Below are positions 55,438 through 64,000 of a DNA stretch of 64,000 bases, piece by piece (position 1 is the stretch's first letter; every line of letters starts with the position of its first letter). The position numbers and the translations under genes are program-made. This DNA is from Tepidisphaera sp. (GTDB lineage: Bacteria; Planctomycetota; Phycisphaerae; Phycisphaerales; UBA1924): contig CP051526.1 of assembly GCA_050916045.1 (NCBI GenBank), positions 2,144,001-2,208,000 on the forward strand, in the 5' to 3' direction. Under the pieces are notes generated by a model. It saw only the letters and a program-made list of their open reading frames with translations. It was not told where the DNA came from and did no database searches.

Positions 55438-56043
55438 ATGAACACATACCCTCAGTTTAATCCCCCACTCTCTGTTTCGAACACCATTCTCAAGGGACGG
55501 AAGTTGTCCCAAGGACAAGCGGTAGAGTTTCTCGGATGGCTGACCGCGGCGGTCGAGCGTCGAACGAACGCGCTCCTCGAGTACCTGAAGCTTGACTTTG
55601 ACCCCGATCCAGAACGAACCTTGATGCAATTCGGGATCGCCATGAAAAGGACTCTTGGACGACGGGAGATGGCGAACAAAGGGAAGCTGGAGCTGCTGGA
55701 AAGCGGATGCTCTGTCGCAATCGATGGAGGGCTTCTGATTTGCCGCTTGCTCACGCTTCAACCTGATCTCGATGCTCGTTGGGAGATCTTTACGCATCAT
55801 CCACGAGCCGCTTCGTACATGCTACCGGTGCTTCGAGTATGTCCGGAAGAGGAAGGGCTGTGGGTGTGCGATCCTCTTCATGAGGGCAATGACGCGGCCA
55901 TCGCTTGCCTTCGGGACGGCTCAACAACGCACTGGTATCGACTTTACCTTGTGTGGCGAACGAGGAACTTCCAAGCGGCTGTGCTAGATCGAGCAAAATC
56001 AGCGGGCGCTTCGAGAAGATCTCCCCGCGTAACCCGTAAGTAG
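55438..56043 (+). CDS. Putative Rhs immunity protein
   Basis: 201-aa ORF starting immediately after the Rhs stop (TGAATG); no signal peptide; visibly lower GC like the toxin tip. Confidence 0.7.
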   Translation: MNTYPQFNPPLSVSNTILKGRKLSQGQAVEFLGWLTAAVERRTNALLEYLKLDFDPDPERTLMQFGIAMKRTLGRREMANKGKLELLESGCSVAIDGGLLICRLLTLQPDLDARWEIFTHHPRAASYMLPVLRVCPEEEGLWVCDPLHEGNDAAIACLRDGSTTHWYRLYLVWRTRNFQAAVLDRAKSAGASRRSPRVTRK

Positions 56044-56396
56044 CCAGATCTTCATGGCCGCTGCAACTGACCATGCAAAACCAACACTCTGGGGACACTC
56101 TGGCGCTCGCCTCTGACTTCGCTTCCGCCCGAAACGACCAACCACGCCGCTGGACTGAGCGTCGATTTCGAGCTCGCGGCATGTGGTGGACAGAGGTAGC
56201 CCAACTCGCGATTGAGCCGTTTCCAGATTCCCACGTCAGACCGCTTGGTCGGGCAACCACATCCCGATCCGCCTACGAACCGTTTTTATGAGACTCATGC
56301 CCCTTCGACCCCACAGTTTTTCTCGAGCTACTTGTGCGACTCGGCCAAAGCTGTTGTAATGTCTACCCGGCGCCGTACGCGGCGATCGAGAAGGAG

Positions 56397-57623
56397 ATGA
56401 GCACCTTGTTCAAGAAGTCCACTACCGTACGAACCGCCCTCGCGCCAGCTATGTGCGTGATCTCGACGCTCCCCCTGGCCCCCGACGTCAACGCCCAATG
56501 GCTTGTCACGAGCCTTCACCCCGCGGCCGGCACTCCCTATTCCGCAGCCGTAGGAGCGGGTGGTGGTCAGCAAGTTGGCTGGTCCTCCCCACGGCAAGGC
56601 ACCATGAACGCCTGCTTGTGGGTCTCTTCGAGGTCTTCGTGGGTCAATCTCAATCCGTCAGTGAAGATCAATTCCGCCGCCTACGCCACTGATGGAGAGC
56701 ATCAAGTCGGGTATGCAATCCTGCGAGGAGTCAATCGCGCGGTCATGTGGTCCGGCACCGCGAGCTCAATAGTGGAACTCCATCCGGCGGGCGCGGTTCG
56801 CTCTGATGCCTTTGCTCTGCACGGCAACCGACAAGGGGGAACGGTGATACCTGCGGGCGCGGGTCGCAGAGCTAGCCTTTGGACCGGGACGCCGGAATCT
56901 TGGGTCGACCTGCACCCCGTGGGCGCGACGAGCTCGGATCTCACGGCGATGGGAGAAACGCAGCAAGTGGGATACGCGAGAGTCGGCGGAGTCGACCGCG
57001 CTTCCCTTTGGACTGGAACTGCCGATTCGTGGGTTGACCTTCAACCGCCAAGTGCGTCGACCTCGCGAGCCTATGCCGTCGGCGATGGATGGCAGGCCGG
57101 GCACGCCCTGATCAATGGTTCCGAGCACGCCGGGCTGTGGCGGGGCACGCCAGAGTCCTGGGTCGACCTCCATCCGGCCGGAGCGACCGGATCAGGCGTC
57201 TTGGGGGGCAACTCGGACTTCCAGGTCGGTCGAGCGATGGTTGCAGGTTCTTGGCACGCGGGCGTGTGGGTTGGCTCCGCGGACTCATGGATCGACCTTC
57301 ATCAGTTCCTTCCTTCAAACTTCGCATACAGCTACGCGCACGGTGTGCAGCGAGATGGGGACACTCTGAGGGTGTGCGGGTGGGGGTTCAACTCGACCAC
57401 AAACCGAAGGGAAGCACAGCTCTGGACGGGGCCGGTTCCCCCGATCCCTTGCCGGGCCGACTTCAACGCGGATGGGTTTCTCGACTTCTTCGACTACCTT
57501 GAGTTCGTCGAGTGCTTCGAGACTGGCGTTTGTGGAGGCAACTCGGGAGACTTCAACCGGGACGGGTTCGTTGACTTCTTCGACTACGCGGATTTCGTCG
57601 CCCTCTTCGAGTCGGGATGCTGA
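56397..57623 (+). CDS. Secreted repeat (beta-propeller-like) protein with C-terminal planctomycete dockerin-like anchor
   Basis: Repeats A.LW.GT..SWVDLHP.GA..S; C-terminal CRADFNADGFLDFFDY...DFNRDGFVDFFDYADFVALFESGC; start 56397 or TTG 56406. Confidence 0.85.
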   Translation: MSTLFKKSTTVRTALAPAMCVISTLPLAPDVNAQWLVTSLHPAAGTPYSAAVGAGGGQQVGWSSPRQGTMNACLWVSSRSSWVNLNPSVKINSAAYATDGEHQVGYAILRGVNRAVMWSGTASSIVELHPAGAVRSDAFALHGNRQGGTVIPAGAGRRASLWTGTPESWVDLHPVGATSSDLTAMGETQQVGYARVGGVDRASLWTGTADSWVDLQPPSASTSRAYAVGDGWQAGHALINGSEHAGLWRGTPESWVDLHPAGATGSGVLGGNSDFQVGRAMVAGSWHAGVWVGSADSWIDLHQFLPSNFAYSYAHGVQRDGDTLRVCGWGFNSTTNRREAQLWTGPVPPIPCRADFNADGFLDFFDYLEFVECFETGVCGGNSGDFNRDGFVDFFDYADFVALFESGC

Positions 57624-57759
57624 GCGGCCAAGATCGTCTCAGTGTCTCGTGACCAGGTCGCCGATTCAGATCCCCTCCGCGGAAGTTGCCCGATCGGCTC
57701 GGCAAGCCTTGGGAACCATCCCTGCTGGCCTAACTCCGCTCTCGCCTTCACGTATCTTC

Positions 57760-60700
57760 CTACCCATGTACCAGTCCGATCTCGAGAACCTCCGGTATTC
57801 TTTGGGGGTCGTAGCACGCTCTGAAAGCCCATCTCCCATGCTTGCCGGCGTTGTTGACCGCCGAGACCCACCGCTGTGCCGCCTGGTGTTTGGCGGATAC
57901 TTGTGCGTCGCTGCGCCCCTTCGTCTCTAGAAGGACATGCACGCCCGATTTGAGACGCACGATGAAATCCGGCGTGTAGGAGTGTTCCAGTCCCTGAAAC
58001 TCGTAGGGAATCACGAGCCCCAAGTGATCGTTTCGGACGTAGCAGTCCACGTCCTCGGACGCCTCAAGCCAGAACTCCGTGCTCGCCTCCCAGACCGAAT
58101 CGAGAACCACCTGATTCACATGGCTCCGATTCGTCGGCCTGACGGGTCGCTTGGTCCAGAAGTCCACGTCCCCCGAGGTGCCTTCGGCCTTGTATCTGTT
58201 TGGAATCGGCATGAGCGGCGGCTCGCCCTCGGCTTCGTCGGGCTCGATCGCGTCGCAGAAGTACCCCACCATCCGCTGAACGTACTTCTCCATCCCGAGT
58301 TCCTGCTCGGGGCCACCTCGGAAGTCCACCTTGGTCCGGACATAGTCGTCCACGAATCTCAGTACCTGAGGGAACAACTGGTGCCGCGAGCGCAGACGGA
58401 ACACCCGGAGTTTCGCATCGGATACCGGCTTCTCTCCCGCGCTTGAATCGACGCCCGACAGCCGAGCCACGATCAGCCGTGCGATCTGGAACTTGATCGC
58501 CTGGAGGTGCGTGTGGGCGTAGAACTGCCGACGGTCCTGCCGCTCAAACCCGAAGGGTGCCGCGTTGGACGGCGCGCCCTCTTCGTATCCCACCGTCGGG
58601 CGGAGAAACGTCGCCGTCGGCTCGTGCTCCGGCTCGATCTCCATCGGTTCCATCGCCGGAACGTCACACTTCACTCGGTTCTTCTGGAGCGCAAAGGCGT
58701 ACCCCTCCACCACGGGGAATCGGATCTCCATCGCAGCCCGCTCGGGCAACGCCCGGACGTGATTGAGCGGTCGATCATCCGGCTCTTCCTTCCCCGCGAC
58801 GCGCCCCTTGAACGGGATCACCGAGAACGGGATCCCATAGATATCGACGTACTCCTCCGGAAGCAGTCCCGTTTCCTTGTCCGGGGTGTAGTTCATCCGG
58901 CGCAGGCCCCGTCCGACCACCTGCTCACAGAGGAGTTGGCTCCCGAACGCTCGAATCCCGAAGATGTGGGTGACGTTGTTCGCGTCCCATCCTTCCGTCA
59001 ACATCGCCACCGACACCACGCACCGGATGTGCTCGCCGGGCTGCCCGCGCTTGCCGACCGTCGCCACGACCTTCCGCAACGCCTCTGCGGCTTGCTGCTT
59101 GTTCTGGGTCGGGTCCTCGCTCTCGGCCTTCGACAGCAGGTCGTTATCGATTCGCAGCGTGCGGCGCAAGCCGGGCTCGTTCGCGAAATACGCCGGGAAG
59201 ATGGCCCCGTGCCCATAGGACACCTTCGGCTTTCCCTTGCCTTTGGCCTTCCCCTTGGCCTTGGGCGCGTCCTCGTCCCCGTCGGCGTCCTCTTCACTCT
59301 CCACCTCGGCCACATCCTCAGCGGTGGCCGCTTCGATCGGTTCCTCGCCGCTGATCTTCCGATAAAACAATTCCGCCACATCGACGTTGTCGCACACGAG
59401 AATCAGCACCGGGGGCGTCCGATCCTGTCCGTCTGTGGCCTCCTGCATGTAGTTGAACTTCTCCACCCACTGCCCGGCAAGTTGCTTGAGCGCGGGCTCA
59501 GCCTCGCGGTAGATCACCTCCGGCTTGGGCTTCTTCGCCCGCCCCGCGAGGAACTCGCCCGGCTTCATCTTCTCTTTGATCGCGTGCCACAACCTGAAAT
59601 ACTTCGGCTCCGGCTGCCCCGTTGAATCGATCACCGGCAGCCTCGGGATCTTGACGATCCCGCTCTCGATTGCGTCCACCAAGCCGAAGTCGCTCACGAG
59701 CCACGGGAATGGACTCCCCTCGGTGTATCCGCTCCCGCCGATATAGAACGGCGTCGCCGACAGGTCCACGCACATCGCAATTCCCGGCGCAGGCTGGCCC
59801 GTCTTCCGACCTCCGGCGTAGTTGTTGATCTTGTCCAGGCCCTCAAGCCAGATCCGCGCTTCCTCGTTCTCCGATTGCGCCTCCTTGAGTTCCTCGGGCG
59901 TCAATTTGGCTTTCGCCTCGTCCGTGAGCGGCGCAGGCCGATAGCAGTGATGCGCCTCGTCATTCAGCACCATCACCGGCAGCCGGTCGTAGAGATCGCC
60001 CAGGACCCGCCGGGCGAACGCCTCGGGCGTCTCCGTCCCTTTGTTGACCACGGCGTAACTCTTCCCGCCCTCGTGGTGCTCGCTTTGCGGGGCAAACTGG
60101 TGCCAGTTCTCGACAATCACCCGTCCGTTCTGCATGAGCGGGCGGAGTTTCGCCGGGACGATATCGAACTCGCCGTAGTAGTTGTCCGCACGTTCGGGCC
60201 GGAGCACCTGGAGACGCTCTTTCACAGTCAGGTTCGGACAGCACACAAGCACCGCCGACGGGAATCGCTCGTCGCTCGGGTTTCGCCCCCGGTTGCAGAA
60301 CGCCCATGAGATCAGCATCGACATCACGACCGTCTTCCCCGACCCCGTCGCCATCTTGCACCCAAAGCGTGCCAACGGCAACAGGTCCGGGTTCGGCGAC
60401 GCATCGATCAGCTTGCTCAGGCTGCCCGGAAGAAACTCCGGGTTGAACCGAGGCCGACGCCCGCTCTTGATGATCTCAGCGAGATAGATCACCGTCTCGA
60501 CCGCTTCCCGCTGACAGAAAAACAGCCGCCGGGCACGGTCCGGCGATGCCCACCATCGCAGCAACTCCCGCGTCACCGGCGTCACGCCCTCGTACTGACT
60601 GTCCCGCCACCTCGCCACGTCCTCCCGGAGTTGGTTGACCATGTGCAGGTCATCCTGACCCTCGGAAAGCCCCTCGGCGGTCAGCGTCATCTGCCCCGCG

Positions 60701-60873
60701 ACATCGTCCTTGGTCTTGTACCAGTACCGCGACGGACGCCGACCAGCGGCCTTGGTCCACACGCCCGACGTGCGATCACAATGCCAGTGCAGCAGCGGCG
60801 GCTCGTAGGGGCTGCACAGGATCGGCTTATCAACGGGCTGGATCGGGACCTGATTGAAGGTTGGCGTTGTCAA
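57760..60873 (-). CDS. Type III restriction-like Res subunit (SF2 helicase plus C-terminal endonuclease)
   Basis: KMATGSGKT, DEAHH, SATP, MLTEGWD and EQVVGRGLRR motifs; C-terminal YTPDF...LETKG. Confidence 0.92.
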   Translation of the reverse strand: MTTPTFNQVPIQPVDKPILCSPYEPPLLHWHCDRTSGVWTKAAGRRPSRYWYKTKDDVAGQMTLTAEGLSEGQDDLHMVNQLREDVARWRDSQYEGVTPVTRELLRWWASPDRARRLFFCQREAVETVIYLAEIIKSGRRPRFNPEFLPGSLSKLIDASPNPDLLPLARFGCKMATGSGKTVVMSMLISWAFCNRGRNPSDERFPSAVLVCCPNLTVKERLQVLRPERADNYYGEFDIVPAKLRPLMQNGRVIVENWHQFAPQSEHHEGGKSYAVVNKGTETPEAFARRVLGDLYDRLPVMVLNDEAHHCYRPAPLTDEAKAKLTPEELKEAQSENEEARIWLEGLDKINNYAGGRKTGQPAPGIAMCVDLSATPFYIGGSGYTEGSPFPWLVSDFGLVDAIESGIVKIPRLPVIDSTGQPEPKYFRLWHAIKEKMKPGEFLAGRAKKPKPEVIYREAEPALKQLAGQWVEKFNYMQEATDGQDRTPPVLILVCDNVDVAELFYRKISGEEPIEAATAEDVAEVESEEDADGDEDAPKAKGKAKGKGKPKVSYGHGAIFPAYFANEPGLRRTLRIDNDLLSKAESEDPTQNKQQAAEALRKVVATVGKRGQPGEHIRCVVSVAMLTEGWDANNVTHIFGIRAFGSQLLCEQVVGRGLRRMNYTPDKETGLLPEEYVDIYGIPFSVIPFKGRVAGKEEPDDRPLNHVRALPERAAMEIRFPVVEGYAFALQKNRVKCDVPAMEPMEIEPEHEPTATFLRPTVGYEEGAPSNAAPFGFERQDRRQFYAHTHLQAIKFQIARLIVARLSGVDSSAGEKPVSDAKLRVFRLRSRHQLFPQVLRFVDDYVRTKVDFRGGPEQELGMEKYVQRMVGYFCDAIEPDEAEGEPPLMPIPNRYKAEGTSGDVDFWTKRPVRPTNRSHVNQVVLDSVWEASTEFWLEASEDVDCYVRNDHLGLVIPYEFQGLEHSYTPDFIVRLKSGVHVLLETKGRSDAQVSAKHQAAQRWVSAVNNAGKHGRWAFRACYDPQRIPEVLEIGLVHG

Positions 60874-60881
60874 GGCATGCC

Positions 60882-61103
60882 TCAGTTCATCTTGCGCTTG
60901 GTGCCATGCTCCTCAAGCAAGCTTGCCAGCCTCTTCCAGTTCAGGTGGAATCCCTGAGAGTGGTCCCGAGGGACCCAGAAGGCACCGCCTTGACTGATCT
61001 TCAGTTCGCCGAACTTCGCACCGTTCGACTTCACCGAGAACTCAATGTCCTTGTACGCGAGCGGACGCGAGGGTACCGAGAACTTCACCTCATGCTTTGC
61101 CAT
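60882..61103 (-). CDS. Small hypothetical protein between mod and res
   Basis: 73 aa, strong GGAGG RBS, fills the mod-res gap exactly. Confidence 0.75.
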   Translation of the reverse strand: MAKHEVKFSVPSRPLAYKDIEFSVKSNGAKFGELKISQGGAFWVPRDHSQGFHLNWKRLASLLEEHGTKRKMN

Positions 61104-61118
61104 CGAATCGCCTCCAAT

Positions 61119-64000
61119 TCAAGAGAGTTTCTCCACTGCCATAACCTCGTTCCCCCTCGGATCGATCACCTTCACCGCCACGCACTGGTGCTTGCCCGCA
61201 GGGAACGACAAGCTCGTCGTCCCGCTAAAAGCCTCGAACCGCCCGCTATCGATCGGGCCATCTTTCCCGTTCAGTGCTTTCTGGAGTTTCTCCCACGCGG
61301 ACTTGTCCGGGAAGAACGCTTGCGTGATGCAGAACGTCACACCGTCGTAGTCGCTGTCCAGGAACCACGCCGCGACCTTTCCCGCGCTCGCGGAGGCGAT
61401 GCTGTCGTCCACCGGGTTGTAGATGTCCACGCCGTCCATCTCGACGGTGTAGCTCGTCTTCCCGTCCTCATCCTTCGCTTTCGCGACCTTGATCCTCGGC
61501 AAGCCGAACACCGTGAACAATTGCCCCCCGCCCGGCGTCACGCTTTCCTTGAGCAAGCCGTCCATCCCGGGATTGATATCCGGCCGGATGTGCGCCAGGT
61601 GAACCTTGACCTTCAGGTTCGCCTGCTTGTCCACCGCCGTTTGCGCCGCCCCGTCGAAGTTGAACCCCGCGATCACGACATGGTCGTACCCCCGGATGTG
61701 CGCCTCTCGCACCGAGTTCACCACCACCGCCCCCGTCACCGCGCCATACTGGGGCCCGATCACCACCGCGACATTGCAGCGGTCATCCGGCTTTGGATCG
61801 CCCTTCGCGTCCTCCACCGACACCCATCGCCCCTCGGCATGGAACGGGTTGGCGGTCCCGCTCTCAAACAGCGGCTCAAACCGCGTCCACTTCATCTGCC
61901 GATTGTTCAGGAACCGAACGCCGTCGGCCTTCAGGAACCGCGTCATCTGATCCAGGTACGCCCCGATGTTCGCAACCTCCAGGTCGTTCTTCGGCTCCAC
62001 GATCCGCACGTCAAACCCGGTTTGCATCTGCTCCGGCTCACCCGCAAAGTCTCCGGACACCGAATCCCCGAGGCTCATCTCCGGCGGCTGCACCGCCTCC
62101 ACCGTGAAAGGCCCCGTGACCCGCGTCACCCCGCGCACCACCTCGGGCTGATCGACCAATTCCTCCTGCTCCGCGCTCGCCGCGATGCAAGCGTTCACCT
62201 CGTCCATCTTCTTCCGCCACGCTTCCCGGTACGCCGTCACCGCGTCGCGCAGGCCCTTCGGCCACTCTGGATCCGTATCGAAGGGCACCTGCCAATGCTC
62301 CCACCCCTGTCCGCTCTTGGGTACGCTGGATGCCCCGACCCTGGCTTTCGTCGGCACCCGCTCAAACGCCGCGTCGATCTGCTTGGGCGTCGGGCTCTTC
62401 TTGTCCTCCTTGCGGAACGCGCGATCCAAAGCCTCGGCGATCTGTTTGCGCGTCGTGCCTGGGAGGAACCACCGCCGAGCGTCCGCATCGGTCGGACTCC
62501 CAATGCCATCCTTTGCCGCTTTGGCCGCGTACTTGGCGCAGAGCGCCTCGCGGAGCTTCGCGGTGACCGGAGCAAGTTCTTCGTTCGCGTCCTTGATCCG
62601 ACTCGCGAGGATCGGCTCGTGCCGGGCGAAGATCGGATCCAGAGCGACGTTCTGAGCGATGCTCTTCAGGGTGATGTGGGGCACCGTCTTGTACACGAAG
62701 CCCCGCTTCGGAACCTCCGGCGCAACCGCCGCCGCCGTCAGCACGGTCTGGCGTTGCCCGCTCCGCGTCCCGTCCAGTTTCCCTTGCACCGTCCCCACAG
62801 CGTCCGGCTCCGAGTCCTTGATCTTGTAAAAGTCAAACTTTCCTGTCAGGAGACGCTGGCGAGCGATGGCGATGGCGACACGGCTCGTGTCTGTAGTGAT
62901 CCATCGGCGGCCCCACTGCTCGGCAACATACGCCGTCGTCCCCGACCCGCACGTCGGGTCCAGAACAAGATCGCCGGGGTCGGTGGTCATGAGCAGGCAA
63001 CGCGCAATGACCTTCGTTGTCGTTTGCACTACATACTGTCGTGCTTCCGCAAACCCTCCCGTGAGTGTGTCTGTCCATGCGTTGTTTAGCGGCAAACAAG
63101 GAAAGTCCAAAGCGAAGCGGCGATACGACAAGGTTGAGCCGTATGCCTCCAGTCGGCTTGCGCCTCGCAATCGCAAGAGGCCAGCAAGGTGTGTCTTAAA
63201 CGTTCCCTTGCTAGGTCCGTATGCCTTGCCTTCGAAGTCCACAGACTTCACGTCTCCCTCTTGCGCAGGGCGCTGACTGGTAAGGTTGTCGCGGCGGTAC
63301 ACGCGAGCACCCGGCGCAACGCTTGTCCAGTCAACTGCCTCCGTCTCGATCATCCGTCGAAACTCTCCCGCCGGCGTCGCAAGATAGTCGTAGTTGACCC
63401 AACCTTCGCCCTCGCGCTGAAGATACAGCGGGCGATACTTCAACTTAGTTGCATCGCGTGCGTACCAAAGGAGATAGTCAGCAACGACAGGCAAACGGTT
63501 ACCTGAAGCGCTCATCGTTTTGTGAAACGCTATGACGTTGCAGGAGTTCGTCGCCCCAAAGACCTCGTCCATCACATCCCGCACACGATGCAGGTTCTCA
63601 TCGCTGATCTGCACAAAGATGCTCCCCGTGTCGGCGAGGAGTTCCCTAGCGACGATCAGCCGGTCGCGGAGGTACGACAGGTACGAGTGGATGCCCAGAT
63701 GCCAGGTGTCGCGGTAGGCCCGCACCATCTCCGGCTCGCGGGTCAGGTCCTCCTGCTTGTCTTTCACGTCCCGCTTGCCCACCTCGGGCTGGAAGTTGCT
63801 GGCGAACTTGATCCCGTAGGGAGGGTCCATATAGATCATCTGGACCTTTCCCGCCAAGTCCTCCCGCCGGGCGAGAGAGGACATCACCTGGAGCGAGTCC
63901 CCGAGGATCAGCCGGTTCGACCAGTCCACATCGTGCTTGTAGAACTGGACGGCGTCGTGGTACTCCTGCTCTGGATCGGCGAAGAGGAACTTGTCCACGT
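61119..64000 (-). CDS. Type III-like Mod DNA methyltransferase (N6A/N4C, beta class), 5'-truncated by window edge
   Basis: IYMDPPYGI precedes VLDPTCGSGTT; C-terminal VAVKVIDPRGNE. Confidence 0.93.
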   Translation of the reverse strand, partial: VDKFLFADPEQEYHDAVQFYKHDVDWSNRLILGDSLQVMSSLARREDLAGKVQMIYMDPPYGIKFASNFQPEVGKRDVKDKQEDLTREPEMVRAYRDTWHLGIHSYLSYLRDRLIVARELLADTGSIFVQISDENLHRVRDVMDEVFGATNSCNVIAFHKTMSASGNRLPVVADYLLWYARDATKLKYRPLYLQREGEGWVNYDYLATPAGEFRRMIETEAVDWTSVAPGARVYRRDNLTSQRPAQEGDVKSVDFEGKAYGPSKGTFKTHLAGLLRLRGASRLEAYGSTLSYRRFALDFPCLPLNNAWTDTLTGGFAEARQYVVQTTTKVIARCLLMTTDPGDLVLDPTCGSGTTAYVAEQWGRRWITTDTSRVAIAIARQRLLTGKFDFYKIKDSEPDAVGTVQGKLDGTRSGQRQTVLTAAAVAPEVPKRGFVYKTVPHITLKSIAQNVALDPIFARHEPILASRIKDANEELAPVTAKLREALCAKYAAKAAKDGIGSPTDADARRWFLPGTTRKQIAEALDRAFRKEDKKSPTPKQIDAAFERVPTKARVGASSVPKSGQGWEHWQVPFDTDPEWPKGLRDAVTAYREAWRKKMDEVNACIAASAEQEELVDQPEVVRGVTRVTGPFTVEAVQPPEMSLGDSVSGDFAGEPEQMQTGFDVRIVEPKNDLEVANIGAYLDQMTRFLKADGVRFLNNRQMKWTRFEPLFESGTANPFHAEGRWVSVEDAKGDPKPDDRCNVAVVIGPQYGAVTGAVVVNSVREAHIRGYDHVVIAGFNFDGAAQTAVDKQANLKVKVHLAHIRPDINPGMDGLLKESVTPGGGQLFTVFGLPRIKVAKAKDEDGKTSYTVEMDGVDIYNPVDDSIASASAGKVAAWFLDSDYDGVTFCITQAFFPDKSAWEKLQKALNGKDGPIDSGRFEAFSGTTSLSFPAGKHQCVAVKVIDPRGNEVMAVEKLS

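Larger units (their letters stand above)
39579..64000. mobile_element. Probable tRNA-Ala-integrated genomic island (right end outside the window)
   Basis: tRNA 3' fragment at the left boundary; accessory cargo (secretion genes, Rhs toxin, R-M). No integrase is visible in the window. Confidence 0.65.

Overview
High-GC bacterial DNA, most likely a planctomycete of the Phycisphaerales type. This is inferred from a PEP-CTERM protein with a PTPG tail, a C-terminal 'CRADFN.DGFLDFFDY' dockerin-like anchor and an ECF sigma/Ser-Thr kinase pair. Bases 1-39.5 kb look chromosomal. They carry ispD, a photolyase, a decayed ligase-associated DNA-repair operon (exonuclease stub, Lhr-like helicase, PdeM) and an ethylene-receptor-like hybrid kinase. 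They also carry a furan/cyclopropane fatty-acid cluster beside a CarH/LitR-like regulator with a duplicated candidate operator, plus two large secreted proteins and the ECF-STK pair. At 39579-39622 the 3' half of a tRNA-Ala(TGC) marks a probable att site, so everything to the right looks like an integrated island. The island holds a partial type II secretion cluster (D, E, C-, L-, M-like and a TPR lipoprotein) transcribed divergently from a ~2,760-aa signal-peptide-bearing Rhs protein. That protein ends in a PD-(D/E)XK-like tip and is followed by a candidate immunity gene. A dockerin-anchored repeat protein and a type III R-M-like mod/res pair follow. The best candidate for an undescribed system is the T2SS-linked Rhs toxin/immunity module. 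All calls come from motif reading by eye; no searches were run.
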